Source of the DNA: Cetorhinus maximus
Lineage: Eukaryota
Direction of reading: 5' to 3'
NCBI RefSeq assembly: GCF_964194155.1
Contig: NC_135898.1
Span: 47,678,001 to 47,742,000, forward strand
DNA: 64,000 nt
The notes under the pieces were generated by a model. That model had not been told where the DNA came from. It searched no databases and saw only the letters and a list, made by a program, of their open reading frames with translations. Of this stretch, positions 49,401-61,190 are shown piece after piece (the stretch's first letter is position 1; each line of letters starts with the position of its first letter). The translations under genes and the position numbers were made by a program.

Positions 49401-52019
49401 TTTCCATTCAGAACACTTCTGGCCCTGAAAATGCACCATGAAATTCTAGCATATGAGCATTTTACACTATTATTTTAAACAGGGGCATTAACCTATTTAT
49501 GTTAAATGCTTTAATAGATCAATGGCAAGAGGAATTCCCAATAATGCTTTCATTATTCCATGGCATAATTTCAGCCAATCATATTTACTATACAGCGTGT
49601 CATGCATTCAGACTTATTATACAGTACATGACACATTCATGGTATACAGTATCTGACATTATTTAGTATACAGCCTAGCCATACACTGAAGCACATAACT
49701 AGAATGTATGAAGTACAGGGCAATAAGAAAGGCTTCCATAATGGCTTAAGGCAGATTCTACTCATGTATATTTTGATTGCAGCAATTTTCATGTGTATTG
49801 GATTTTGTTTTGCTCTGTTATTATAACTTTGTGACTTTACACAGGATCTAGTCCATTTTCTCTCAAGTGCTTGGCTTATCTGGAGACTGCAGCTGGTGTA
49901 CCAGCCAGTCGTTGGTAGTTGGCCAAGAATGAGAAGCAACTTCTGGAGGATTCCTCCTGGTTCAGCTTCTGTGTACTGATGGCGTTCTGGTTCTAATGTC
50001 ATGAAGCAGTTGTATTTTGAAACAAGGACACTTTATTTAAAGCATCTTTCCTTGCTGTATCAGGCACTGCTTCCAGCTTTTATAACCTTTAGGCACATGA
50101 TTTAGAACTATTGAGATGAACATATAAATAAATTGGTGTTGTTCTAGTGATTCACAGCAAAGCTAGTTGTTAGCTGCTGAGGTCCATCAGTTTTCTGCAG
50201 AGTACATGATTTTGTTCTGATTTGGTTACTTCTGTAGCACCTCAAACCACACTGTCTAGGTGGAGGAGTCACCTGCTGTCACCTTTGTAAGGCTAGAGTA
50301 CGAGACTTTTCTATGGAGCCCTGCATCTAACTTTTGCTGCCAGCAATGCTATTCTAGGAGGGGCATCAAATGGCTGATTATCCACATTACTGAAAGACCG
50401 CAAAGACAAGTCACTGGATTTGGTTCCCTTGTGTTTTTCCTGTTGATTACAACCAGCATATTTTGCCAGCAAGAGTAGATCGTTGGGTATGACCCAGAAA
50501 ATGAGAAAAGAGTGTTTTCCGCCCAGTGACCTCTCTAGCATTCCACAACGTATTGGAAGGTGGGGGGATTTGTGCAGTTGAGCAGATTTGTGGTAAATAT
50601 CAGGGTTGATTTCAAGTTCTTTTCCTTTTTAAATTCTTGCAAGTGAAAACAGATGAACTCATGGCTGGATAGGGCTTGAAGATCTCTCTCCCTAACAACT
50701 GTTGTGATATTTTTACTACCAGGAGATTAAGAAAATACTGCACATTCTGAAGACGCTAGTTTTTAAGTTTCACAGCACAGAAACAGGCCATTTGAGAGCC
50801 TCCTCTCACCTTGCTTCATCTCACCTATAAACCTATCTGCATCTTATCCTATCTATTCCTTTCTCCCTCATGCACTTAGCTAGCTTTCCCTCAAATGCTT
50901 GCATCCTGTTCACTCAACCACTTCATATGGTAGGGAGTTCCACATTTTAACTACTTCCTGTCAAAAAATGTTTCTCCTGAATTCTTTATTGAATTATTGG
51001 TGACTATCTTATAGTCCTGAGCCCTAGTTTTAGACAGCTCCATCTACCTATTGAACACCATAAATTTAAAAGGCCCTTATTAGGTTATGTCTCAGCCCTC
51101 TCTTTTCTAGTTTGGCCTGTTAATATTGCAATCCTGTTATATTGAAGAACACGCTTTAGTCAAAGTGAGAACAGCTGGTACTAATTCGGGAAAAGTTAGG
51201 GCATTTTTCATAAGTAAATATAAGAACCAGTTTGCACCTGTGTGGGGGAAGGAAAGGGAAAAGGGAGTCTGTGCCCTCTGGGTTAGGAGACTAAACCTAT
51301 GTTAAGGAAAAACTGGACCCCAGATTCCTCCTTTGCTCAGTGAATGATAACAGACCTAGTGTCTTGTTGGCACTCTCTTTAGGAAGAGCCAATCCACTCT
51401 TATCAAGTGTTTCTCAGCATCCTGTGCCAGGGAAGCTCTGTTTGGATAGACCCCTTTGGAAAGGTAGGATACCCTGTGGAATTAGGTTAAACTTGTCTTC
51501 ACTGTTCCAGGATTGTCACAAAAATCAATCCCAACTGCCTGCCCTTAACCCAAGGGAGGAGGGTGGTAGGACTGCTGGTCTCACAGGGCAATGTTTTCTC
51601 CCCTACTTCTGTTACTGTGGGTTTGTCTCAGGATTCCTTCATTTCTTACCCTAGAAGAGATCTTGCTGGAGGTAACTGTCTTTCTTTCAAAGTAACTATT
51701 TACATCACTAACTATTTACAAGGTTATAGAACATCAGGACATAGTTACATCTTCTCACTGGTGCTTCTCACTCAACTTCTCTCAGTGAGGGACATCACTA
51801 TGACAAGGCTCCTCATGCACATGCCCAGTAGCTATGAGTTGATCCTTTATTCTAGATCCCTCCTCCTCCCAACCCAAGTCATAATTCCCATATTATATTC
51901 ACATCCTCCTACACTAGTGACCCGTGCACCCAGGTGCCAGGAAGAACTTTGTGGAGGATGCATAGTGCTTCATGCATAGGGCATGTCACCCCTTCCACAG
52001 AGACCACATAAACCAGTCG

Positions 52020-52965
52020 CCATGAATAGCTTGGGATCAGAGAGAGGAAGAGGAAGAGGAATTACCCTATGGGAGGGGTGTACAGACCTAGGACATCCCA
52101 CCTCAAGAAAAAGAACAACCAGTGCCAAACTGAAATTAAGCCGTGAGGTGCTGACAGACATGTCACATGGTCCAGCAGTAACTCGAGCCACAAGCCATCA
52201 ACCCCGATGCCCTGCCAGTGGCTGTGAAGGTAACCGTCGCTTTCAACTTCTAGGCCTCAGGATCTTTCCAGGGATCAGGAGACCTGTCCAGTACATCCCA
52301 GTCAGCAGAACACAGCTGCATTAAGGCTGTAACTAATGCCATGTTTGCTCATGTGGGGATCACATTAATTTGCCTGTAGGTTTGGTGTCTCAGACATAGA
52401 GAGCCATGACATTTGCCCAATTAACAGGCTGCCCTCAGGTGCAGGGTCTTATTGATTGCACCCATGTTGCCATAAAGGCCCCAGCTCAACATGTGGACAC
52501 CTTGTCAACTGGAAGTCCTTCCACTTGATCAATATACAGGTGGTTTGTGACCACAACAAGGACTTCCTTCATGTGTGTGCAAGGTTCTCTGGCAGCTGCC
52601 ACAGCTCCTTCATACTAAGGAGTTCCCAACTTTTTCAGCTATTTCAGTCACCAATGCAGATCTGTAACTGGATTCTAGGAGATAAGGGGTGCCCCTTCAG
52701 AACTTGGTTAATAACTCCCTTTAGAAATCCACAAACAGAAGGAGAGCATAACCACACCAGCAGCCACATTGTCACCAGGAGTACCATCGAGCAGGCAGTT
52801 GGCATTTTATGATGCACTTTAATGTACGTCGATTGCTCAGGTGGAGCTCTGAAATATGTCCCAGCAAGAGTATCAAGAATAGTAGTGGTGTGCTGCCTGC
52901 TGCATAACATTGTGCAGCAAAAGAGCATACAGATCAAAGATGACAAGGGCAGAGTTCCAATCTAG
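52020..52965 (+). pseudogene. PIF/Harbinger (HARBI1-like) DDE transposase pseudogene
   Basis: VYRPR, LKLSREV, ALPVAVKVTVAFNF*ASGSFQ, PQVQGLIDCTHVAI, NWKSFHLINIQVVCD, ARFSGSCHS, WILGDKG, WLITPFRNP, HIVTRSTIEQAVGIL* and IVVVCCLLHNI appear in order, with stops and frameshifts. Confidence 0.9.
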
Positions 52966-52971
52966 CACTAG

Positions 52972-55113
52972 CAGAAGTACGAGGAGCAGCAGGAGGGCGG
53001 CTGTGAGGAGCAGCAGCAGGAGGAGAGTGGCGGTGAGGAGCAGCGCGAGGAGCAGCAGGAAGAGGAGGACGGCCATGAGGAGCAGCAGCAGGAAGAGGAG
53101 GACGGCCGCGAGGAGCAGCAGCAGGAGGAGAGCGGCCGTGAGGAGCAGCGCGAGGAGCAGCAGCAGGAGGAGAGCGGTCGTGAGGAGCAGGAGGAGGAGA
53201 GCGGCCGTGAGGAGCAGCAGCAGGAGGAGGGCGGCCGTAAGGAGCAGCGTGAGGAGCAGCAGGAGGAGCAGCAGGAGGAGGAGGGCGGCCGTGAGGGGCA
53301 GCAGGAGGAGGAGAGCGGCCATGAGGAGCAGCAGGAGGAGGAGAACGGCCGTGAGGAGCAGCAGGAGGAGGAGGGCGGCCGTGAGGAGCAGCAGGAGGAG
53401 GAGGGCGGCCGTGTGGAGCAGCAGGAGGAGGAGGGCGGCCGTGAGGAGCAGCAGGAGGAGGAGAGCGGCCGTGAGGAGCAGCAGGAGGAGGAGGGCAGCC
53501 GTGAGGAGCAGCAGCAGGAGGAGGGCGGCCGTGAGGAGCAGCAGGAGGAGGAGAGCGGCCGTGAGGAGCAGCAGGAGGAGGAGAGCGGCCGTGAGGAGCA
53601 GCAGCAGGAGGAGGGCGGCCGTGAGGAGCAGCGTGAGGAGCAGCAGGCGGAGGAGGGTGGCCGTGAGGAGCAGCAGGAGGAGGAGGGCGGCCGTGAGGAG
53701 CAGCAGGAGGAGCAGCGTGAGGAGCAGCAGCAGGAGGAGGGCGGCCGTGAGGAGCAGCAGGAGGAGGGCGGCCGTGAGGAGCAGCAGGAGGAGCAGCGTG
53801 AGGAGCAGCAGGAGGAGGAGGGCGGCCGTGAGGAGCAGCAGGAGGAGGAGCAGCGTGAGGAGCAGCAGGAGGAGGAGGGCGGCCGTGAGGAGCAGCAGGA
53901 GGAGGAGGGCGGCCGTGAGGAGCAGCAGGAGGAGGAGGGCGGCCGTGAGGAGCAGCAGGAGGAGGGCGGCCGTGAGGAGCAGCAGGAGGAGGGCGGCCGT
54001 GAGGAGCAGCAGGAGGAGGAGGGTGGCCGTGAGGAGCAGCAGGAGGAGGAGGGCGGCCGTGAGGAGCAGCAGGAGGAGGAGGGCGGCCGTGAGGAGCAGC
54101 AGGAGGAGGAGGGTGGCCGTGAGGAGCAGCAGGAGGAGGAGGGCGGCCGTGAGGAGCAGCAGGAGGAGGAGGGCGGCCGTGAGGAGCAGCAGGAGGAGGG
54201 CGGCCGTGAGGAGCAGCAGGAGGAGGGCGGCCGTGAGGAGCAGCAGGAGGAGGAGGGTGGCCGTGAGGAGCAGCAGGAGGAGGAGGGTGGCCGTGAGGAG
54301 CAGCAGGAGGAGGGCGGCCGTGAGGAGCAGCGCGAGGAGCAGCAGGAGGAGGAGGGCGGCCGTGAGGAGCAGCAGGAGGAGGAGGGCGGCCGTGAGGAGC
54401 AGCAGGAGGAGGAGGGTGGCCGTGAGGAGCAGCAGGAGGAGGAGGGCGGCTGTGAGGAGCAGCAGGAGGAGGGCGGCCGTGAGGAGCAGCAGGAGGAGCA
54501 GCGTGAGGAGCAGCAGGAGGAGGGCGGCCGTGAGGAGCAGCAGGAGGAGGGCGGCCGTGAGGAGCAGCAGGAGGAGGGCGGCCGTGAGGAGCAGCAGGAG
54601 GAGCAGCAGGAGGAGGAGAGCGGCCGTGAGGAGCAGCAGGAGGAGGAGGGCGGCCGTGAGGAGCAGCAGGAGGAGGAGAGCGGCTGTGAGGAGCAGCAGG
54701 AGGAGGAGGGCGGCCGTGAGGAGCAGCAGGAGGAGGAGAGCGGCTGTGAGGAGCAGCAGGAGGAGCAGCAGCAGGAGGAGGAGGGCGGCCGTGAGGAGCA
54801 GCACGAGGAGCAGCAGGAGGAGGAGGGCGGCGGTGAGGAACAGCAGGAGGAGCAGCAGGAGGAGGAGGAGGGCGGCCGTGAGGAACAGCAGCAGGAGGAG
54901 GAGGGCGGCCGTGAGGAGCAGCGCGAGGAGCAGCAGCAGGAGGAGAGCGGCCGTGAGGAGCAGCAGCAGGAGGAGAGCAGCCGTGAGGAGCAGCAGGACG
55001 AGGAGAGCGGTCGTGAGGAGCAGCAGGAGGAGCAGCAGCAGGAGGAGAGTGGCCGTGAGGAGCAGCAGGAGGAGAGTGGCGGCGGTGAGGAGCAGCGCGA
55101 GGAGCAGCAGGAA
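52972..55113 (+). repeat. Purine-rich minisatellite, 27/30-bp units GAGGAGCAGCAG(GAG)2-3GGCGGCCGT
   Basis: The array is directly visible. It has a homogeneous centre and degenerate edges, and all visible unit-length variation is in multiples of 3. Confidence 0.97.
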
Positions 55114-58100
55114 GACCCTTTCCATTTGGAAGATTCCAAAACAGATAAGGATGAGGCCGTCGTCAATGGCTGAGCAGCTGGGAGGCATGGTCACGTGGCC
55201 AGGGCTGACTGTGTAGGAGGGGGTTATCACATCATCCTTACAATCACCAGATGGGTCTTTGTGCGAAATAGATTCTCATAAGGTCTTCGAAAATCAACTG
55301 CCATAGCCAGGCCCTGGTGACATACTTCCACCTAAAGTACCTTGTGCATTAACTCCACAATTACTCAGGGGAGTAATCCCCACAAGGGAGACAATAAACA
55401 TCAAAGAGTTGGACTAAGTCACATTCATATTGTTGAAACTCTCATCATAACCATTGGCCTCATGATATTGCAAACTAACATGGTCATGAGTCATTCACAA
55501 CCTGGCCCCTCACATGAAATGTCAATGACTGTAAACGAGGGGCATTGTCCAAAATCAAACCACACCCACAATGCTGAGAGTGACAACAATAGAATTCAAA
55601 CCCTATACATGTTGACAGGATTGTATGTTGCAACATTGATGCAGATAAGGCACCTTACGCATGATGAGCCCACAACTACACAACAGCTCTTTGAAAGAAC
55701 TTGCACACCATCCATTCCAGCCAATGGTCCAGTTTCTGAAGTGGGAACCACACACAACATTCCAGGTTCTATATATCTCTGCTCGCTGCACAAAGCATCA
55801 TTGGTTGAAGATAGCAGATGGGACGCCAATAGCAGGCTGCTGTGTCCTGGATGGGCATTCATACCAGTGGAATATCTGAATTATTCAGCCGATCTTACTA
55901 ATACAGTACAAGATGCTTTAATTTTCCTCTGTTGTCCTTGATTAGGAACAGATTATTCTCACTCATTTCCTTTTCCTACCCAGACAGTTAGTCATTTTTA
56001 AACAGTCTGAGAAGAAAAAGCGGAATATGCCCAAAAAGCCATTCTCTTCAACCCTGTTCTGTACCAACGAAAACATGGAAACAGTTTTTAAACTTCACTT
56101 TGAAACACAGGCAACTTTTCAGATCAGGACACAATAGTCAAAACAGAGTCTGAAGGGACAGAGTTTGGAAAAACAAATAACTGTTTCTGATAGAATACAA
56201 GACTTTAAGCAGCTTCCATGGTTGATTTTTGAAATGTTAATTTTTCTGTAATATATCATTCAACTTACTGTTAAACTTTGTTTTTGGCTAATCTATGACT
56301 AAGGACTGGCCTGTTACTCTGTGCCTAAGAGCTGACAGGTTGTTCTGTGCCTCTTGGCTCCTTAGCTAACTGAGTAATCTGGTCCATGATATGCTTTACA
56401 AAATCACTGCAGTAAACCTGGATGGTCTAAATGGACCAATGAATCTTAGTCCCACGTTGAATTATCTAACATGCTTTACCAGAATTAACGGAGTTCCTTT
56501 GGCTTAATAATGCTTCACTGTGCTTGGTCACTTCAATAATCATAGAAGTAGTGTTAGAACTGCTGATCCTGTCCATTTCTGCTAAAAGATGCAAATATCA
56601 CACGACCACCACCTCACCCCAAATCTTCAAAAGTTCTTTACTCAGAATTCTCCTCAAAGCTTTTACATAGTATTTACAAGGACATGTATGAGAAGCATGC
56701 TATATAATGTGCTGTAACCTTATGTCCATAGCGCCATGCTGTACCTAATGAATCTAAAATAGCATCGAGGCCCATCACAAGAAATATATGAGAGCAGTTC
56801 ATTAAGTAAGGCAGATTTCCTAATTCCCTAAATGAAATCATCACGTTTATAATGCTAAAAGTAAATCACTCTCAGATATCAGCTTTTTATCACACCAACA
56901 CAATTGGAACTAGCATGCTATGTGTCTCACTTACCTCTGGAGATACTGCTCAAATGGTTTCTTACGGAACAAAACCGCTATTGTTTTCAAATTCATTCTC
57001 ACTGAATGTTGCTTTTTAAAATGCCATGAAGAGCCAATATTATTTATTGGCTACTGTACATGCACCTAGCAAAAATGATCATCCATGGAACCAGTCTTCA
57101 GCCTTCATGACTTTGCTGACTCTTTATTCCGTTTCCATGCATCTCAGTAATACTTCATTATTACTTTATAGCATATTAAATAATGTCTCTAACTCTTGTC
57201 AATTCAGACCATTTCCTGAGCTTGAATGTGAACACCTGCTACCCAGTCCCAGTCTTCATTTCATCACCATCCCCACAGATAGACCCCTCAAACAAAGCAA
57301 ATATTTCCACAAGATAGCCGGGAAACAGGGCCCAATCAGAGGTCGTTTAACGTTTTTGGAATGTTTAACTATATTAGACTAAATATTTGAACACCACCAT
57401 TTGCACAACCATTTTTATCACTGAACAAGGTCACTGAAAACTCTCAACGTGAACAGAAACAAAAATATACCTTTTTTTTAAAAAAAAACTGGATTAGAAT
57501 TGCAAGAATCAACCAACACAGTTCACTAAATGTGATCGTTAACATTTGCAACAACTTGCGCAATTTGTGGATAATGGCTAATTTGTTTTCATCTTTGTCG
57601 TTGTAGTTTAGATTGTTTAGTGACATCTGTCAAACTGATTCAAAGTTATCATGAGGTGTTTGTACATTGATAGCAAACATCTCAAAATAATCACAATGAC
57701 TCAGTGGATATGGGTGATAAGATACGAGCTCAATGTATAGACAGCACAAGTTGTTGTAAATATTAACAATCACATTTATGTATGTAAGTAGGATCATTCC
57801 AGTCTAACCTCCAAAGTCAAACTCTAGAGAACGGTGCAGAGTAGCACATCTCTTCCCCCCGGGAATGGATTAGTTTGGACAGCGAGGGGTGGAAACCCAT
57901 GTGAAATAGATTCTGCTTCAAATACAATGATTCATTATCCAAACTGGGATCCAATTTGTAGGCCCAGCTTTATAGCAGATAGGAATTGTTACAGCATTCA
58001 AGAGAAACGCACAATGTTTCTTGAACCAAAAATGTCAATAGACGAAAGGCAACAAGCGGGACTATAATGAGTGATGACTGCTAGTTTGGCGAGCAAGCAA

Positions 58101-58746
58101 ACGTTGAAGGATTTAAAGTGGCAGAATTTTCAATGCCACAATGAGCATGGAAAAGAAAGATGTAACAATTCAACCATTGTGTTTCAAGTGGATTGGAAGT
58201 GGTGTACAGCGAGGGTGTGTGTTCTGAAGGAAATTCTTTAATGTAGAATAGAAACAACAGAAAGAACAAGTAGATGAATGAGTGAACAAGGTCACTGATT
58301 TGAGAAAGGAACAAAGTGGCAGCCAGAATGGATGCCCAGGAGACTCTGGAGTTAATCAGAAAATAGCCAACTGCAGCACACAAGAGTAATTTGAAAGTTC
58401 TAATCATGAACATTACTTTGCTATTCAAAGGCTTTGGTAATACTCCTCATCATTTTTTAATTGAGTTATATTAATTGCTTTGTCCAAATTTTTGGTATAT
58501 TTTGACTTTACCTCAGGAGCTACAATGGGCTTTATTTATTAAACTTTATTAAATAAGCTTTTAAAATAAAGAGCTGTGCAACTACTTCCCTGGGACATAA
58601 ATCTCCTCCAAATGTATAAATGAGGTTTTAAACCAGGCCTTTTCTAAGCAGTTTACAAGGCTGCCGTTTCTTTCCTTTGTCTCAATGGCCTTCAGACTCC
58701 ACACTTTCTCCACAAAGGTGAAGGAATGGGTTTCTCTTAGCTATAA

Positions 58747-60215
58747 TAAAAAAAAGCAAAAAACTGCGGATGCTGGAAATCCAAAACAAAAACAAAAATA
58801 CCTGGAAAAACTCAGCTTGTAACTCCATTACAAGCCTACCGACTCCCACAGCTACCTCGACTAAAGCTCCTCGCACCCCGCTTCCTGTAAGGACTCTATA
58901 CCATTCTCTCAGTTCCTTCGCTCTCCGTCGCATCTGTTCTGATGATGCCACTTTCAAAAACAGTTCTTCTGACATGTCCTCCTTCTTCCTTAACCGAGGT
59001 TTTCCACCCACGGTGGTTGACAGGGCCCTCAACTGTGTCCGGCCCATCTCCCAAGCATCCGCCCTCACGCCTTCTCCACCCTCCCAGAAACATGATAGGG
59101 TCCCCCTTGTCCTCACTTATCACCCCACCAGCCTCCGCATTCAAAGGATCATCCTCCGCCATTTCCGCCAACTCCAGCATGATGCCACCACCAAACACAT
59201 CTTCCCTTCACCCCCCCCACCGGCGGCATTCCACAGGGATCGTTCCCTCCGGGACACCCTGGTCTACTCCTCCATCACCCCCTACACCTCAACCCCCTCC
59301 CACAACACCTTCCCATGAACCGCAGAAGGTGCAACACCTGCCCCTTTACTTCCCCTCTCCTCACCGTCCAAGGGCCCAAACACTCCTTTCAAGTGAAGCA
59401 ACATTTCACTTGCACTTCCCTCAACTTAGTCTACTGCATTCGTTGCTCCCAATGCGGTTTCCTCTATATTGGAGAGACCAAACACAGACTGGGGACCGCT
59501 TTGCAGAACACCTTCGGTCTGTCCGCAAGCATTACCCAGTCCTCCCTGTCACTTGCCATTTCAACACTCCACCCTGCTCTCATGCCCACATGTCCGTCCT
59601 TGGCTTGCTGCATTGTTCCAGTGAAGCTCAACGCAAACTGGAGGAACAGCACCTCATCTTCCGACTAGGCACTTTACAGCCTTCCAGACTGAATATTGAG
59701 TTCAACAATTTTAGATCATGAACTCTCTCCTCCATCCCTACCCCCTTTCCGATTTTCCCCCTCCTTTTTGTTCATTCCAATAATTTATATAGATTTTTCA
59801 TTTCCAAACCTACTTCCATTATTTTTAAGTGTATTTCCATCCATTGTTTTATCTCTACCTTTTAGCCTATTTCGATCCCTTCCCCCCCACCCCACCCCCA
59901 CTAGGGCTATCTGTACCTTGCTCATCCTGCTTTCTACCCTTAATTAGCACATTCCTTTAAATAATATCACCACCTTCAACACCTCTTTGTCCTTTTGTCT
60001 GTGACATCTTTTGGTTATCCCCACCTATCACTGGCCCTCTATCCAGCTCTTCTTGTCCCACCACCCCCCACCCTTAAACCAACTTATATTTCGCCTCTTT
60101 TCTATTTTTACTTAGTTCTGTTGAAGGGTCATTCAGACTCGAAACGTTAACTGTGTTCCTCTCCACAGATGCTGCCAGACTTGCTAAGTTTTTCCAGGTA
60201 TTTTTGTTTTTGTTT
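58747..60215 (+). mobile_element. Second Penelope-like copy (same family, shorter, frameshifted) with 16-bp TSD
   Basis: TSD TTTCTCTTAGCTATAA at 58731-58746 and 60216-60231. Short inverted arms at 58783-58816 and 60183-60216. The body aligns by eye with 35045-36410, but the ORF is split across frames. Confidence 0.92.
60114..60152 (+). ncRNA. Minimal type-I hammerhead ribozyme-like motif (variant core)
   Basis: AGTT-CTGTTGA-A-GGGTC(ATTCA)GACTC-GAAAC-GTT-AACT. The stems are identical to the 36315 copy, while the loop II sequence differs. Confidence 0.6.
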
Positions 60216-61190
60216 TTTCTCTTAGCTATAAGTTTGTCTAGTGCCACTCCAATGCACTGTGACAGAGTGATGAAATGCATGTTTCAGCAAGACAAGATCC
60301 ATCAGTCAGCTTCCACACACACTCTCCTTTTTCACAGCTGTAAGGTGTCCAAACTAGAACCGCAGCCAAAAACTGACAACATTCACTTAGTTTAACTGAC
60401 AGTTCCATGAGACCTGGCAATAACATTCAGACCTAGGTGCAAAGTGAATGCCTGATTTCAAATTGCCTTAATTGTTAACTTCAAAGGTTATCCAGTTACT
60501 CCCTGTCTTAAACACAAGCAGCAGCACAGCCACCACTCTCACAGTTGCTTCTTGCAGGATTCGACTGATTGCATTGTGCCAAATTCCTTTAGCCACAGCA
60601 ACTCCAAGAAAATATCTGCAGCTGTTGTGAAAATTTACAAACTAGACTGACATGTGATCTTCATACCAGTTTTATCAGAGCAGTGGATACAACTTAGTCA
60701 GGACGTGTAGTAATCAAAATGGTTGGAAAATCCATCTTAGAAGCAAAATTTTTTTTTTAAATGAAATGTAATGAATGCAGGGTACAGTGCCGTTGGGACA
60801 AAATCCTGTAACTCGCTCCCTCACAGCACTGTGGATGTACCTACACTACATGGACTGCAGCGGTTCAAGAAGGCAGCTCACCACCACCTTCTTAAGGGAA
60901 ATTAGGGATGGGCAATAAATGCTGGCCTAGCAAACAATGCCCATATGCCATGAAAGAATAAAAAAAGTACTAATCAAACTTTAGATGTCAATACCAACTG
61001 TGAGGCTCAACTATAAACACTTTGTAACCATTCCCTGAATACTAAAATCAGATGGATGTGGTATTATTCCAGTGTTTCTATTTTGGATCTTTTGTGCCTC
61101 TCATTTCCCTTGATGCCATAAAGGTCACCACTGACTAGAGCTCCTCTCCCAAACACACGGTGATTAGGATCAATTGCTCCTTCCCCCCGC

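Noticed and set aside
49637-50002. 121-aa ORF and other short ORFs in unique sequence (e.g. 22701-23207, 55342-55941, 57026-57382)
   Set aside because: They have no recognisable domains or coherent splice signals, and their lengths are compatible with chance or with repeat-derived sequence.
52020-52965. Domesticated host gene HARBI1
   Set aside because: Multiple stops and frameshifts and an altered HD motif (GSCHS) indicate a dead transposon copy.
52972-55113. CRISPR-like array
   Set aside because: The units are head-to-tail with no unique spacers, the context is eukaryotic, and there are no cas genes.
52873-55230. 785-aa poly-Leu, 768-aa Arg/Ser protamine-like, 732-aa Ser/Cys keratin-associated-like and 586-aa Glu-rich ORFs as real genes
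   Set aside because: All are alternative readings of one triplet-built minisatellite that lacks stop triplets by composition. There is no unique domain, synonymous-change pattern or gene structure to support them. They are kept only as a hypothesis in the findings.
56929-57070. Consensus minus-strand donor GAG|GTAAGT at 56935 as a PLCE1 5' non-coding exon
   Set aside because: About one such match is expected by chance in a window this size. The acceptor nearby is weak and there is no CpG island or other promoter evidence, so RNA data are needed.
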